This document shows positions 9,608 through 18,912 of a stretch of DNA of 33,181 nt, one piece after another (the stretch's first letter is position 1; each line of letters starts with the position of its first letter). Under the pieces are notes generated by a model. It did not search any database, was not told the origin of the DNA, and worked only from the letters and a program-made list of their open reading frames with translations. The stretch lies in assembly GCA_038523235.1 (NCBI GenBank), contig JBCBJQ010000065.1, positions 1 through 33,181 on the forward strand. Reading direction: 5' to 3'. The stretch comes from Cyanobacteria bacterium J06626_4 (GTDB lineage Bacteria; Cyanobacteriota; Cyanobacteriia; Phormidesmidales; Phormidesmidaceae). The position numbers and the translations under genes were made by a program.

Positions 9608-10381
9608 CTAGGTGAAGGTGACGGCGAGCAAAATGACTGCCACCGCGCCGATAGTGGTGTTGATGATATTGACCAACTCGTTCGTGAGCCACGGCCACTG
9701 GTCTTGTAGAGTCGCCCCAATGACGCTTTCTAGATTAGTCGCGATGAATGCAGCGACTAAGCAGAGCAAAATTCCATAGGGGGTGATTAGCCCGACTACC
9801 CAACCGATAGAAGCGATCAGTGCTGAACCTAAGATGCCGGCCAGTGTGCCTTCTAGACTAATGGCTCCTTCGGTGCCAGCGGGAACCGGCCGCAAAGTGG
9901 TGATGAGAAACGTGCGCTTGCCGTAGGCTTTACCCACCTCACTCGCTGTAGTGTCTGACAGTTTGGTTGCGAAGCTCGCTACGTAGCCCAACCCGAAGAG
10001 GGCGATCCAAGGACTGGAGAACCTACCACTCATCCCAATAAAAACACCTAATGCACAGAGGGCGGCTGTGAGTGCAGAGCCCCAAACATTTTCGGGGCCA
10101 CGCACCCCAGCGCGGTTTTCAGCAATCCCAGCGGCTGCTTTTTTCGCCATGCCAATCCGGGTTACGGCTGAGCCCACGAGAAAATAGACCATCACAACGG
10201 TGTATCCCGGCCAGCCTAAACACCCCCACACCAAGACTCCTAAGAACCAGGCATGAAGATAGCCGGTGGTCGTGAGTAGCTTTTTGGGAAGTAAGGCCGC
10301 GATCGCCAGGAGGCTAGTATTTATCGCCAGGGCAATTAGCCAAGGCATCGCGACAGGCCATGCGGGTGATTCCAAGTTCAT
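9608..10381 (-). CDS. TIGR00297/DUF92 membrane protein (family includes plant VTE6 phytyl-phosphate kinase)
   Basis: RGPENVWGS, TKLSDTTASEVGKAYG, GTEGAISLEGT, ESVIGATLQ. Confidence 0.88.
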   Translation of the reverse strand: MNLESPAWPVAMPWLIALAINTSLLAIAALLPKKLLTTTGYLHAWFLGVLVWGCLGWPGYTVVMVYFLVGSAVTRIGMAKKAAAGIAENRAGVRGPENVWGSALTAALCALGVFIGMSGRFSSPWIALFGLGYVASFATKLSDTTASEVGKAYGKRTFLITTLRPVPAGTEGAISLEGTLAGILGSALIASIGWVVGLITPYGILLCLVAAFIATNLESVIGATLQDQWPWLTNELVNIINTTIGAVAVILLAVTFT

Positions 10382-10458
10382 CGGATAGGCAATTGATGGG
10401 GCTCGAAGAAATGATCAGGGTTGGTCTTAAAATGCTGATACTGAGCATTCTAGAACAG

Positions 10459-10911
10459 CTATACGCGATAGTTTTCTTCAATCGAACGGCCATCGAAGCG
10501 CTTCCGAATGTGGAGACAGTTGCGTTGATCTGGCGTGGGTTTGTATTCGACGATATCGGCAACTCGATACATAATTCTGAGCCCCCGCCCGCCTTCTGAA
10601 TCAGAGGTGGTGGTTTCAAGTTTGCGCTCAAGCATCGCCTGAAAGTCAAATCCGGGACCACAGTCCCAAATTTGCATATCTAGATACTCATCGGTTACGG
10701 TGACGGCAATCGTGACGGGCGTCTCTAAAGGGAGTCCTTTATGAGCATGACGAACCGCATTCGTAAAGCCTTCAATCAGCGCTAACTGACATTGCAGCCA
10801 ATCTTCTTGAGGGATCGGCAGCGCATGAAAACTATCAAACCAAGATAAAACGCCTTTAAGCGCTTTGGGGTCTGTCTTGGTTTCGTAAGTACTCTGCTTG
10901 AGGATATTCAA
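10459..10911 (-). CDS. Anti-sigma regulatory factor, RsbW-like HATPase_c_2
   Basis: LALIEGFTNAVRHAH (N box), WDCGPGFD (G1), EGGRGL (G2); TTG at 10911 more plausible than ATG at 11013. Confidence 0.85.
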   Translation of the reverse strand: MNILKQSTYETKTDPKALKGVLSWFDSFHALPIPQEDWLQCQLALIEGFTNAVRHAHKGLPLETPVTIAVTVTDEYLDMQIWDCGPGFDFQAMLERKLETTTSDSEGGRGLRIMYRVADIVEYKPTPDQRNCLHIRKRFDGRSIEENYRV

Positions 10912-11059
10912 GGGTCTCAAAACCTTTGCAAGCGAGAATCTTTCACATATTATCTGATGGTCAAAAAAGACTCTCAGAAAACGAGCGTTCACCCTTTGAA
11001 TATTCCCATACATCCATCAGAGAGTTCTATTGCGCTGTGTCGATCAGCTAAAACTCAAT

Positions 11060-12283
11060 TTAAGCGCTGCGCAAAGCGACGATAGGGTCAAGTTTAGCGG
11101 CTTGACGAGCGGGGAAGACACCAAAAAAGAGGCCGATGCCCCCGGAAACGCCGACCGCGATCGCGATCGCGACAGCCGAGACCCCAGCTTCAAAGGGGGT
11201 AAACAGGGTCACCATGACAATGCCACTGATCCCCAAGCTCGTGCCGACGAGCCCGCCCGCGATGGAAAGGATGATGGCTTCGATCAAGAATTGGGTTAAG
11301 ACGTCTTGCTGCGATGCCCCAATTGCCTTGCGGAGGCCAATTTCCTGGGTCCGCTCTCGCACCGACACCAGCATAATATTCATAATGCCAATACCGCCGA
11401 CCAGTAGCGAAATACCGGCGATCGCGGCGAGCATGACGGTCAATGCGCCAGTGATCGTTTCGGCAATGCTCAACAAGGTATCTTGACTTTGAATAAAAAA
11501 GTCATCTTCGCCTCGAATGTTATGGCGTAGCCGCAGTAGGTTCGTAATTTGAAACGCCGCCGTGCTCATGCTTTCACGGTCTTTGGTGGAGACTGAGATG
11601 AATGATACTTCAATGCCGTAGGGCGATTGGCGTCGCCCGACCAGGCGACTGGCTTGAGTCGTGATTGGAATCAGCACTGAGTCATCGTAATCTAGCCCGA
11701 GGTTCGAGCCTTTCTGAGCCATGACACCCACAATCTCAAAATTAGTGCCTTTAACCCGAATGGTTTTGCCAATCGGTAAAGTATCGTCAAACAATCGCTC
11801 TGCCAGGGTGGAGCCCAACACGACGACTTGGCTGCGACGTTCCAAATCTAGCTCTGAGATGAAGCGCCCTTGTGACATTTCAAAGCTGCGGACCTTAAGA
11901 AACTGTTCGTTGGTGCCCACGATATTGGCGTTGGCGTTGCGATTGCGATAGGTGACCAGGTCTCGCAAACTGAACTCTGGCGCTACACCGACTACGGGAG
12001 GCACCTGTTCGGCGATGGCCTCAGCATCGGCGACAACCAGTGTGCGAGGAATCTCTAGCCCACCTAGCTCGCGGGTTTCTCGGTTGCCAGGAGCAATGAA
12101 AAGGACGTTCGGCCCCAAGGTTTGGAGCTGATCGTTGATGTAGCGTTGAGCCCCTTCGCCAATGCCGACCATCGTAATCACCGAGGCGTTACCGATCACG
12201 ATGCCCAACATCGTCAGGCTGCTGCGAAGTTTGTTGGCGGTCAAAGTTTTGACGGCCATTTTTAAGCTTTCACCAAAATCCAT
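11060..12283 (-). CDS. MacB/FtsX-like ABC transporter permease
   Basis: NKLRSSLTMLGIVIG, GGIGIMNIMLVSVRERTQEIGLRKAIGA, PARQAAKLDPIVALR. Confidence 0.92.
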   Translation of the reverse strand: MDFGESLKMAVKTLTANKLRSSLTMLGIVIGNASVITMVGIGEGAQRYINDQLQTLGPNVLFIAPGNRETRELGGLEIPRTLVVADAEAIAEQVPPVVGVAPEFSLRDLVTYRNRNANANIVGTNEQFLKVRSFEMSQGRFISELDLERRSQVVVLGSTLAERLFDDTLPIGKTIRVKGTNFEIVGVMAQKGSNLGLDYDDSVLIPITTQASRLVGRRQSPYGIEVSFISVSTKDRESMSTAAFQITNLLRLRHNIRGEDDFFIQSQDTLLSIAETITGALTVMLAAIAGISLLVGGIGIMNIMLVSVRERTQEIGLRKAIGASQQDVLTQFLIEAIILSIAGGLVGTSLGISGIVMVTLFTPFEAGVSAVAIAIAVGVSGGIGLFFGVFPARQAAKLDPIVALRSA

Positions 12284-12397
12284 GAGGGGTGCGCTGCAGG
12301 GGAGGTAGAACGAGTGTCAGCTCATCATAGCGATTTACTGATTGAGACTGACGACAAGCGTACTGGAGGCCGGCTGGCGAGCGCGCTAGCCCCGGCA

Positions 12398-12823
12398 TTA
12401 ATGACTTAGGGAAATGTTGACTAATGACCGATGGCTCTGGTGTGAAGCGTGATCAGCAGCGTCAGAGTAGAGGTGGGCGATCGCCTCTCTGACCAAGAGC
12501 GACAGATGACTGCCGTCGCGCCGCGTCTTTTCGGTGCAGGGCCAGCCTTCGTGAGGAAAAAGTAGCTGACTCGGAGACACGTTCCACTCAACCCGTGCCC
12601 AGCGCTGTAAATAGTACAGGTCGCCGTTATAGACCATCGGCGCATATTGAAACCGGACATGGGCATCATGATGACGGCGCGTCCAGTGTTTCAAAAGCAG
12701 ACAACCCGCATCCAGTAGAACCATTCTGATGGGTTTAGGAACCAGATCCCATCGCATGGGGCTGGGCTTGCCAGGGCCGGGCAAGCAGTCAGGGCACTGA
12801 ATTGCGTATAGATTGCTCACCAT
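12398..12823 (-). CDS. Hypothetical protein (141 aa) with N-terminal CxxC
   Basis: Only long ORF in the interval; ATG at 12823 preceded by GGAGG; no family recognised. Confidence 0.55.
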   Translation of the reverse strand: MVSNLYAIQCPDCLPGPGKPSPMRWDLVPKPIRMVLLDAGCLLLKHWTRRHHDAHVRFQYAPMVYNGDLYYLQRWARVEWNVSPSQLLFPHEGWPCTEKTRRDGSHLSLLVREAIAHLYSDAADHASHQSHRSLVNISLSH

Positions 12824-12969
12824 GGTGATATTCCCTCCAGCAGACAGCAATGTGGAATGCCCTCTCTTATATTCTGCGTGGCTGAGATAGGAGAATTGCC
12901 TCGCAAGAATCAAACCTGTAACGGGTGTTCACAATCTGCAACGACTATTTATGCAAGATTTCGCAGCAA

Positions 12970-13003
12970 AATACTTTTTGAGAAGGGCCAGCCCTACGGA
13001 ATT
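12970..13003 (-). repeat. Third, degenerate and inverted copy of the short insert core of the 8437/21694 repeat
   Basis: aatactttttgagaagggccagccctacggaatt resembles the reverse-complement core aatacccttcgggaagtgcaaggccctacggaatt. Confidence 0.6.
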
Positions 13004-13229
13004 GCAAAGCCGATCAGAGAGTAATTTCAGCTAGCTGGAGCACTCCGATCAAATTGTAGCTAGCCAGAGAAAACCTCAAGCGCCCGCATGCCTGAGCAGT
13101 CGTCCAGATTGGGTGACAAAATAGGGCACCGCACTGGACTGCAGTTATAAGAAGATTGCCTGATGGGTAGACAGAAATTCGTTATGGCCTGTCTCACAAC
13201 TGCTAGGGACGTTAACATGGAAACAGATC

Positions 13230-13247
13230 GTTACAAAAATTCATAAA
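13230..13247 (+). promoter_or_regulatory. Candidate HLR1 (RpaB) site upstream of hli
   Basis: GTTACAAA-AA-TTCATAAA versus consensus (G/T)TTACA(T/A)(T/A)-N2-repeat; first half perfect, second degenerate; hli genes are known RpaB targets. Confidence 0.55.
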
Positions 13248-13263
13248 AGAGAAATTGACAGAT

Positions 13264-13413
13264 ATGAAGACTAAGCCTCTGGTCGAGGATCTCGGTTTTA
13301 CAAAAGGTGCCGAAAGCCTGAACGGACGACTGGCGATGATGGCTTTTGGTCTAGCGCTTGTGATTGAGCTATGCACCGGGAAAGGATTTTTGGCGTTTTT
13401 GCAGCTGCTCTAA
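13264..13413 (+). CDS. hli: High-light-inducible protein, single-helix CAB/ELIP/HLIP (not in ORF track)
   Basis: MKTKPLVEDLGFTKGAESLNGRLAMMAFGLALVIELCTGKGFLAFLQLL (49 aa) contains the ExxNGRLAM chlorophyll-binding motif. Confidence 0.95.
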   Translation: MKTKPLVEDLGFTKGAESLNGRLAMMAFGLALVIELCTGKGFLAFLQLL

Positions 13414-13494
13414 ACGGCCAAGCTTGAGAGCAGCGTATCGGCAGGCGTGTTTGGTCAAGTTCCACGCGCGCTCGGTTGGCATGTCCTCAAGGCC

Positions 13495-13528
13495 AAAAAA
13501 AAGCGGATGGCGATCGCCATCCGTTTTT
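13495..13528. terminator. Bidirectional intrinsic terminator between hli and dnaK, centred on a HIP1 site
   Basis: A8-gcggatggcgatcgccatccg-T5; T tracts on both strands. Confidence 0.85.
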
Positions 13529-13562
13529 CCTTGCTAGCCGGAGCAAGCTTATAGACTGAGAT

Positions 13563-13601
13563 CGCAGCAGAGCGGTCTAAAGTGATGACCGCTCTGCTGC
13601 G
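13563..13601 (-). other. Perfect 15-bp stem-loop just after the dnaK stop codon
   Basis: cgcagcagagcggtc-taaagtgat-gaccgctctgctgcg. Confidence 0.8.
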
Positions 13602-13606
13602 TGAGA

Positions 13607-15523
13607 CTACTTGTTCTCAGGCTCAGTAAACTCAGCATCGATGACATCTTCGCCACCATCAGCACCGTCACCACCGGCATCCCCTTCGGGAGCGGCTCCG
13701 CCAGCGGCGGCCTCGGGGCCACCGGCTTGCTGATAGAGGTTGGCACTAATGCTGTACAGCGCTTGTTGTAGCTCGGTGGTGAGAGACTTCATTTTGTCGT
13801 AGTCCTCAGAGGCGACGGCTTCCTTAAGGTCCTTGATCTGCTGGTCGATCTTGGCCTTATCGTCAGCGGGCACCTTGTCGCCCAACTCTTCGACTTGCTT
13901 TTCCGCTTGGTAAGAGAGCGTATCAGCCTGGTTCTTAACCTCGACTTTCTCGCGACGCTCTTGGTCAGCGGCGGCGTTAACTTCAGCATCTTTGACCATG
14001 CGATCCACCTCTGAGTCATCCAGCGTGGAAGCACCGGTAATGCTGATGGACTGCTCTTTGCCCGTCCCTTTATCTTTAGCCGTAACGCTCAAGATGCCGT
14101 TGGCATCGATGTCAAAGATGACTTCAATCTGAGGGACACCCCGAGGTGCTGGCGGAATGCCATCCAACCGGAAGGTGCCGAGGCTCTTGTTATCACCAGA
14201 CATTTCACGCTCGCCCTGCAACACGTGAATTTCCACATTTGTCTGGCCATCCACTGCTGTGGAGAAGGTTTCAGACTTCTTGGTTGGCACAGTGGTGTTG
14301 CGAGGGATGAGTTTGGTCATGACCCCGCCCAACGTTTCAACGCCCAAAGACAGAGGCGTGACGTCTAGCAGCAAGATGTCTTTAACTTCACCGGCTAAAA
14401 CGCCCCCTTGAATGGCCGCACCAATAGCAACCACTTCGTCAGGGTTAACGGTTTGGTTGGGGGCTTTGCCCAAAATCTTTTTGACGACTTCTTGGACGGC
14501 AGGAATGCGGGTTGAGCCACCGACCAAGACCACTTCGTCAATGTTTTCGCGGTTGAGTTTGGAATCTTTAAGCGCTTGCTCAACTGGAATCCGGCAGCGA
14601 TCGATCAGGTCAGATACCAGCTCTTCAAACTTGGCTCGTGTCAAGACGGTCTCTAAGTGCTTAGGGCCATCTTGAGTGGCGGTAATAAAAGGCAGATTGA
14701 TTTCTGACTGGCTGGTGCTAGACAGCTCAATTTTGGCTTTCTCAGCAGCTTCCGTGAGACGCTGTAGGGCCTGCTTGTCTTTCCGCAGATCGATGCCTTC
14801 GTTGCGCTGAAACTCGCCTGCCAGGTAATCGACGATCTTTTTGTCAAAGTCGTCGCCACCGAGGTGAGTGTCACCTGAGGTCGCTAACACCTCAAAGACC
14901 CCATCGCCGACTTCTAAGATCGAGACGTCAAAGGTACCGCCACCTAAGTCAAAGACGAGGATGGTTTCGTTACTCTTCTTGTCTAAACCGTAGGCCAGTG
15001 AAGCCGCCGTCGGCTCGTTGATGATGCGCAGCACTTCGAGACCGGCAATTTTGCCCGCATCTTTGGTGGCCTGACGCTGTGAGTCATTGAAATAGGCAGG
15101 AACCGTAATCACTGCTTGGGTAACGGTTTCGCCCAAATACTTGCTGGCATCGTCAGCCAACTTGCGCAGGACTTGAGCAGAAATTTCCTCAGGGGCAAAT
15201 TGCTTGCCCGCCTGGGGAGAATCGATTTTTAGGTTGTTGCCCACGTTCAAAACTTTGTAGGCAACTTCAGTAGATTCGGTGCCGACTTCATCGAAGCGAC
15301 GACCAATAAAACGCTTGACAGAATAAAAGGTGTTTTCTGGGTTCATAACTGCGCCGCGCTTGGCGATTTGCCCAACGAGGCGATCGCCATTCTTGGCATA
15401 AGAAACCACAGATGGGGTGGTACGGAACCCTTCAGCGTTGGCGATGACAGTGGGTTTGCCCCCTTCCATCACAGCGACGACTGAGTTGGTGGTTCCTAAG
15501 TCGATACCTACGACCTTTCCCAT
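13607..15523 (-). CDS. dnaK: Chaperone DnaK (DnaK2-type)
   Basis: [38 protein letters not shown]-terminal [10 protein letters not shown]. Confidence 0.98.
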   Translation of the reverse strand: MGKVVGIDLGTTNSVVAVMEGGKPTVIANAEGFRTTPSVVSYAKNGDRLVGQIAKRGAVMNPENTFYSVKRFIGRRFDEVGTESTEVAYKVLNVGNNLKIDSPQAGKQFAPEEISAQVLRKLADDASKYLGETVTQAVITVPAYFNDSQRQATKDAGKIAGLEVLRIINEPTAASLAYGLDKKSNETILVFDLGGGTFDVSILEVGDGVFEVLATSGDTHLGGDDFDKKIVDYLAGEFQRNEGIDLRKDKQALQRLTEAAEKAKIELSSTSQSEINLPFITATQDGPKHLETVLTRAKFEELVSDLIDRCRIPVEQALKDSKLNRENIDEVVLVGGSTRIPAVQEVVKKILGKAPNQTVNPDEVVAIGAAIQGGVLAGEVKDILLLDVTPLSLGVETLGGVMTKLIPRNTTVPTKKSETFSTAVDGQTNVEIHVLQGEREMSGDNKSLGTFRLDGIPPAPRGVPQIEVIFDIDANGILSVTAKDKGTGKEQSISITGASTLDDSEVDRMVKDAEVNAAADQERREKVEVKNQADTLSYQAEKQVEELGDKVPADDKAKIDQQIKDLKEAVASEDYDKMKSLTTELQQALYSISANLYQQAGGPEAAAGGAAPEGDAGGDGADGGEDVIDAEFTEPENK

Positions 15524-15749
15524 AGATTTTGCTCCGGCTTAACAGCTACATATAGTGTGCGGGCTGTGCCCAAATCCTTGTAGGGGGGGATACCGAACTG
15601 ATCGGGGACGGCGGGAGTTCGGCGTTTACCAGTAAGGAGCAAGCCACCTTGGCAACTGTTGGGTTTCCGTCTTTTAGCGGGTTTCGACAGTCCATAATCC
15701 CATTAGAATTCAGGGGCGGGTACTGTGTTGACCCACGCACGGAACTGTT

Positions 15750-16145
15750 ATGGACATTTCAGAAACCAAGCGATCGCTGACCCCTGACCTGATTGAGCAG
15801 TTGCTAGATCCTGAGGCCCGCGCGGAGATGTCGTCGGCCTATGTGCGGTTAATGGAGATCTATTGCGTGGTGAAAGCCGGCGGGGTGGCCGCTCAAATTG
15901 AGGTAGCCAAACAGCTGCAGCAAAGAGAACAAACGGCACTGCAGCAAGAAATTGCGGCGCTGGGGCACCAGCCGCCCATGGCGAGTCGCATCGCAGCGCT
16001 GCAGCAAGAGATGCGCGAAGTTGAGCGATCAGTGTCGAACCGGGTGGTTTATCTACAGAGCATCGATGCCGCAGAAGAGGCTAACGTACAGCACTGCCTC
16101 GCGATGATTGATGGCTATTTCGCCAATTTAGGAAAAACTCGATGA
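15750..16145 (+). CDS. Hypothetical helical protein, divergent from dnaK
   Basis: 131-aa ORF with coiled-coil composition; ATGA overlap with the next gene suggests translational coupling. Confidence 0.7.
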   Translation: MDISETKRSLTPDLIEQLLDPEARAEMSSAYVRLMEIYCVVKAGGVAAQIEVAKQLQQREQTALQQEIAALGHQPPMASRIAALQQEMREVERSVSNRVVYLQSIDAAEEANVQHCLAMIDGYFANLGKTR

Positions 16146-17680
16146 CCCCAGCAACAACCGCCGATGTGGTGATCATTGGCAGCGGTTTGGGGGGCTTGGT
16201 CGCCGGTGCCCTGCTCGCCCGTTATGGCAAAACCGTGATCGTTTGTGAAAGTCATACGATTGCCGGGGGAGCGGCCCATGGATTTACCCGACAGGGGTAT
16301 ACGTTCGACTCGGGGCCATCGTTTTTTTCTGGACTCGGGACAGCGGATTCTCGTAATCCCTTGAGGCAGGTGCTCGACGTGCTGGGCGAGTCGGTGACGG
16401 CGATCGCTTATGAGCCGCTCGGCTACTATCACCTCCCAGAGGGAACACTGCCGGTTTATCGCCAACTGGCTGACTACCAGCGTGAGGTGGCCCGCTTTAC
16501 CCCGCCAGGCGCGGCGGAGCTGACCGGGTTTGTCCGTCAGCTGTTGGCGTTGTACAAACCGCTGAAACAGATTCCCAGTCTGGGCTTACGTCCCGACTTC
16601 GGGGTCATTCCTTTCCTCTTGCGGTATCCGGGGGCGCTATTGGGGTTATTGCCGCAGCTCGGCTCAGTGCAGCAGTCAGTGGGCCAGATTCTGGATCGCA
16701 CCGTACAAGATCCGTGGGTGCGTCAGCTGGTGGATTTGGAATGCTTTTTGCTGTCTGGCTTGAAGGCCCACGGCACGATCGCTCCCGAAGTCGCCTTTGT
16801 GTTTGGCGAGCGGGAAACCACGCCGGTGGACTATCCTTTGGGCGGCAGTGAAGCCCTCGTCAATGCCCTTGTGCGAGGGCTGAAAAAATGGGGTGGTGAG
16901 CTGCGGTTAGGCACTCATGTTGAACGAGTCCTGGTGGAGCAGGGGCGTGCGATTGGTGTGCAGTTGCGTCAGGGCGACATCATTCACGCGCCAGTAGTCA
17001 TCTCCAACGCCACTTTGTGGGATACCTACACCAAACTGCTAGGCCCCGACGATGTGCCCGCGGAGTTTCGTCAAACTGCTTTGACTACGCCTGCCGTCAA
17101 CAGCTTTATGCATCTGCATTTGGGCATTGATGGCACCGGATTGGACGATTTGACGGTGCACCATGTCGTCGTTCACAGTCGCGATCGCGACCTGACGGCC
17201 CCAGGCAACACCTGCATGATTTCGATTCCCTCGGTGCTTGATCCGACCCTGGCACCCACCGGCAAGCAGGTCATTCACGCCTACACGTTGGAACCCTGGG
17301 CGGGCTGGCAGCGCGATGGGCAGTATCGGCAGCGGAAGCAGGAGCGTGCGGCAACGCTTTATCGAGCCCTGCAAAAGGTGATTCCTGATATTCGCGAGCG
17401 CGTAGAGGTCGAGCTAATCGGCACCCCGCTGACGCATCAGCGCTTTCTCCGCCGGTTTCAGGGTACCTATGGCCCAGCGATCGCCGCCGAGCAAGGTCAG
17501 TTTCCCAATCACAAAACGCCGATTGCTGGACTGTTGCGCGTCGGCGACTCGACACTACCGGGGATTGGTGTGCCCGCCGTGGCGGCTTCGGGCATTCTCT
17601 GTGCCAATTCGTTGGTCTCACCGTCGCAGACGGCGAGCTTGCTGTCCGACTTGACTTCGGTGAGGGCGCGTTCGCAATAG
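16142..17680 (+). CDS. Phytoene desaturase/carotenoid isomerase (CrtH-like) FAD oxidoreductase
   Basis: IIGSGLGG Rossmann motif, FDSGPS, GTPLTHQRFL, GDSTLPGIGVPAVAASG. Confidence 0.88.
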   Translation: MTPATTADVVIIGSGLGGLVAGALLARYGKTVIVCESHTIAGGAAHGFTRQGYTFDSGPSFFSGLGTADSRNPLRQVLDVLGESVTAIAYEPLGYYHLPEGTLPVYRQLADYQREVARFTPPGAAELTGFVRQLLALYKPLKQIPSLGLRPDFGVIPFLLRYPGALLGLLPQLGSVQQSVGQILDRTVQDPWVRQLVDLECFLLSGLKAHGTIAPEVAFVFGERETTPVDYPLGGSEALVNALVRGLKKWGGELRLGTHVERVLVEQGRAIGVQLRQGDIIHAPVVISNATLWDTYTKLLGPDDVPAEFRQTALTTPAVNSFMHLHLGIDGTGLDDLTVHHVVVHSRDRDLTAPGNTCMISIPSVLDPTLAPTGKQVIHAYTLEPWAGWQRDGQYRQRKQERAATLYRALQKVIPDIRERVEVELIGTPLTHQRFLRRFQGTYGPAIAAEQGQFPNHKTPIAGLLRVGDSTLPGIGVPAVAASGILCANSLVSPSQTASLLSDLTSVRARSQ

Positions 17681-18531
17681 CGCTCAATCATTTGCCGCCG
17701 CGCGATCGCCCCCACCATCGAAAAGGGCGAGTCAGGCGAGGTCGCCGTAAATTCCGGCAGTTCGCTCCACTGCTGATCGGCCATGGCGATCGCGGTGAGG
17801 GGCGGCAGATTTGTGACCGACTGCGACTCGGTGGGCTTGGGCAGGGTCGCAAACAAGTCCTCATAGGCGGGCTTGTCGGCTCTGGCCGCAGGCTGAGCCA
17901 ACTGTGGCGCAATGGGCCGTGTCGCTGTCGCCGTCGCTGTCGCCGTCGGGTTCGGCGCTGAGCGCTCGGATTGTGGTGCGGGTAACGCTAAAGCCTGGGC
18001 ATTGGGCGCCGACTGGGTAAACGTCGGCGATGCGGTGGGCGATTCAGGCTGAAGTGTGGCGATCGCTGCTGGTGAGGTCGTGACGCCGGTGCCCACGGGA
18101 CTGCGTACCGGCTGAGGTGACGCCGGTGGCGTCGGAATGGCGCTGGGCAACGGTTGAATGGTCTCGGCTCGATAGTTAACAGTTTTGTCAGCGAGCGCCA
18201 GGGCGGCCTCCGATTGCGGGAACAGGTCCAGCAGGTCAACCTCTTCGACCGGATATTTGGCCGGGTCATAGAGGGCCGGATTGTAACCGGACAGCTCATC
18301 AAGCTTAGACATCTGCGGCTGATTTGGCAGGGCTGGTGGCGCGATCGCAGATTGATCTTGAGGAAATTCTTGACTGAGAGCGGCTAGCGAAAACTTGCTG
18401 CCGTTGGCTGACTCGCTACCCGCATCGGGCTCTGGTTCAGGGCCCGCTTCCGCCACTTTGGGGAGTTGAGCCAGGTTGTAGGCAGTCAGCGTGACGAGGC
18501 TGCTGCACGAAAAGAGTGCCCAAGTATGCAT
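17509..18531 (-). CDS. Hypothetical Pro/Ala/Ser/Thr-rich protein, possibly membrane-anchored or exported
   Basis: 340-aa ORF, hydrophobic N-terminus, low-complexity middle (ATATATAT); 3' end overlaps the convergent gene by 172 nt. Confidence 0.6.
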   Translation of the reverse strand: MHTWALFSCSSLVTLTAYNLAQLPKVAEAGPEPEPDAGSESANGSKFSLAALSQEFPQDQSAIAPPALPNQPQMSKLDELSGYNPALYDPAKYPVEEVDLLDLFPQSEAALALADKTVNYRAETIQPLPSAIPTPPASPQPVRSPVGTGVTTSPAAIATLQPESPTASPTFTQSAPNAQALALPAPQSERSAPNPTATATATATRPIAPQLAQPAARADKPAYEDLFATLPKPTESQSVTNLPPLTAIAMADQQWSELPEFTATSPDSPFSMVGAIARRQMIERYCERALTEVKSDSKLAVCDGETNELAQRMPEAATAGTPIPGSVESPTRNSPAIGVL

Positions 18532-18912
18532 GATGCTTGCCTAAATGATTAGATCAAGGGGATGACTAATCACCTATTCCAAGTCGGCGGTAAAGATCAG
18601 TACAATCTCTGGGCAATTTTAGAAAAAATTCCGTTGACGATCGCTGACAGTGACAAAAATTACGCTCTCGCTCAGCGATTTCCCGTAGACTCAGCAGGCA
18701 TCAATGTGCTGCGCCATTCGTGGAGAGATTCTCTGCTGACTGTTTGGTGGGGGACCCGACGCCACAATTTAGCCGCGAGATGCGACGATGAATTGCTACC
18801 TTCTGTGAAAGCTAGAGCCACCCCCGGCAAAGTCGCAAAATTGCTTTATCTTAAGGGGCGTGAGCGATGGCTCTGACGCAATTCGCTATCTAATCAACAT
18901 TCTGGGACTAGT

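Noticed and set aside
12916..12932. TGTAA...TCACA as a CRP-type site
   Set aside because: Spacer is 7 nt rather than 6 and one half-site is imperfect
15655..15745. K-box or CIRCE in the dnaK promoter
   Set aside because: Only partial half-sites; no match to GTTCGG-NNAN-CCNNAC or TTAGCACTC-N9-GAGTGCTAA
8772..17680. Z-ISO, DUF92, hli and CrtH-like genes as a dedicated pigment/photoprotection cluster
   Set aside because: Interspersed with unrelated genes on both strands; such proximity is expected by chance in a cyanobacterial chromosome
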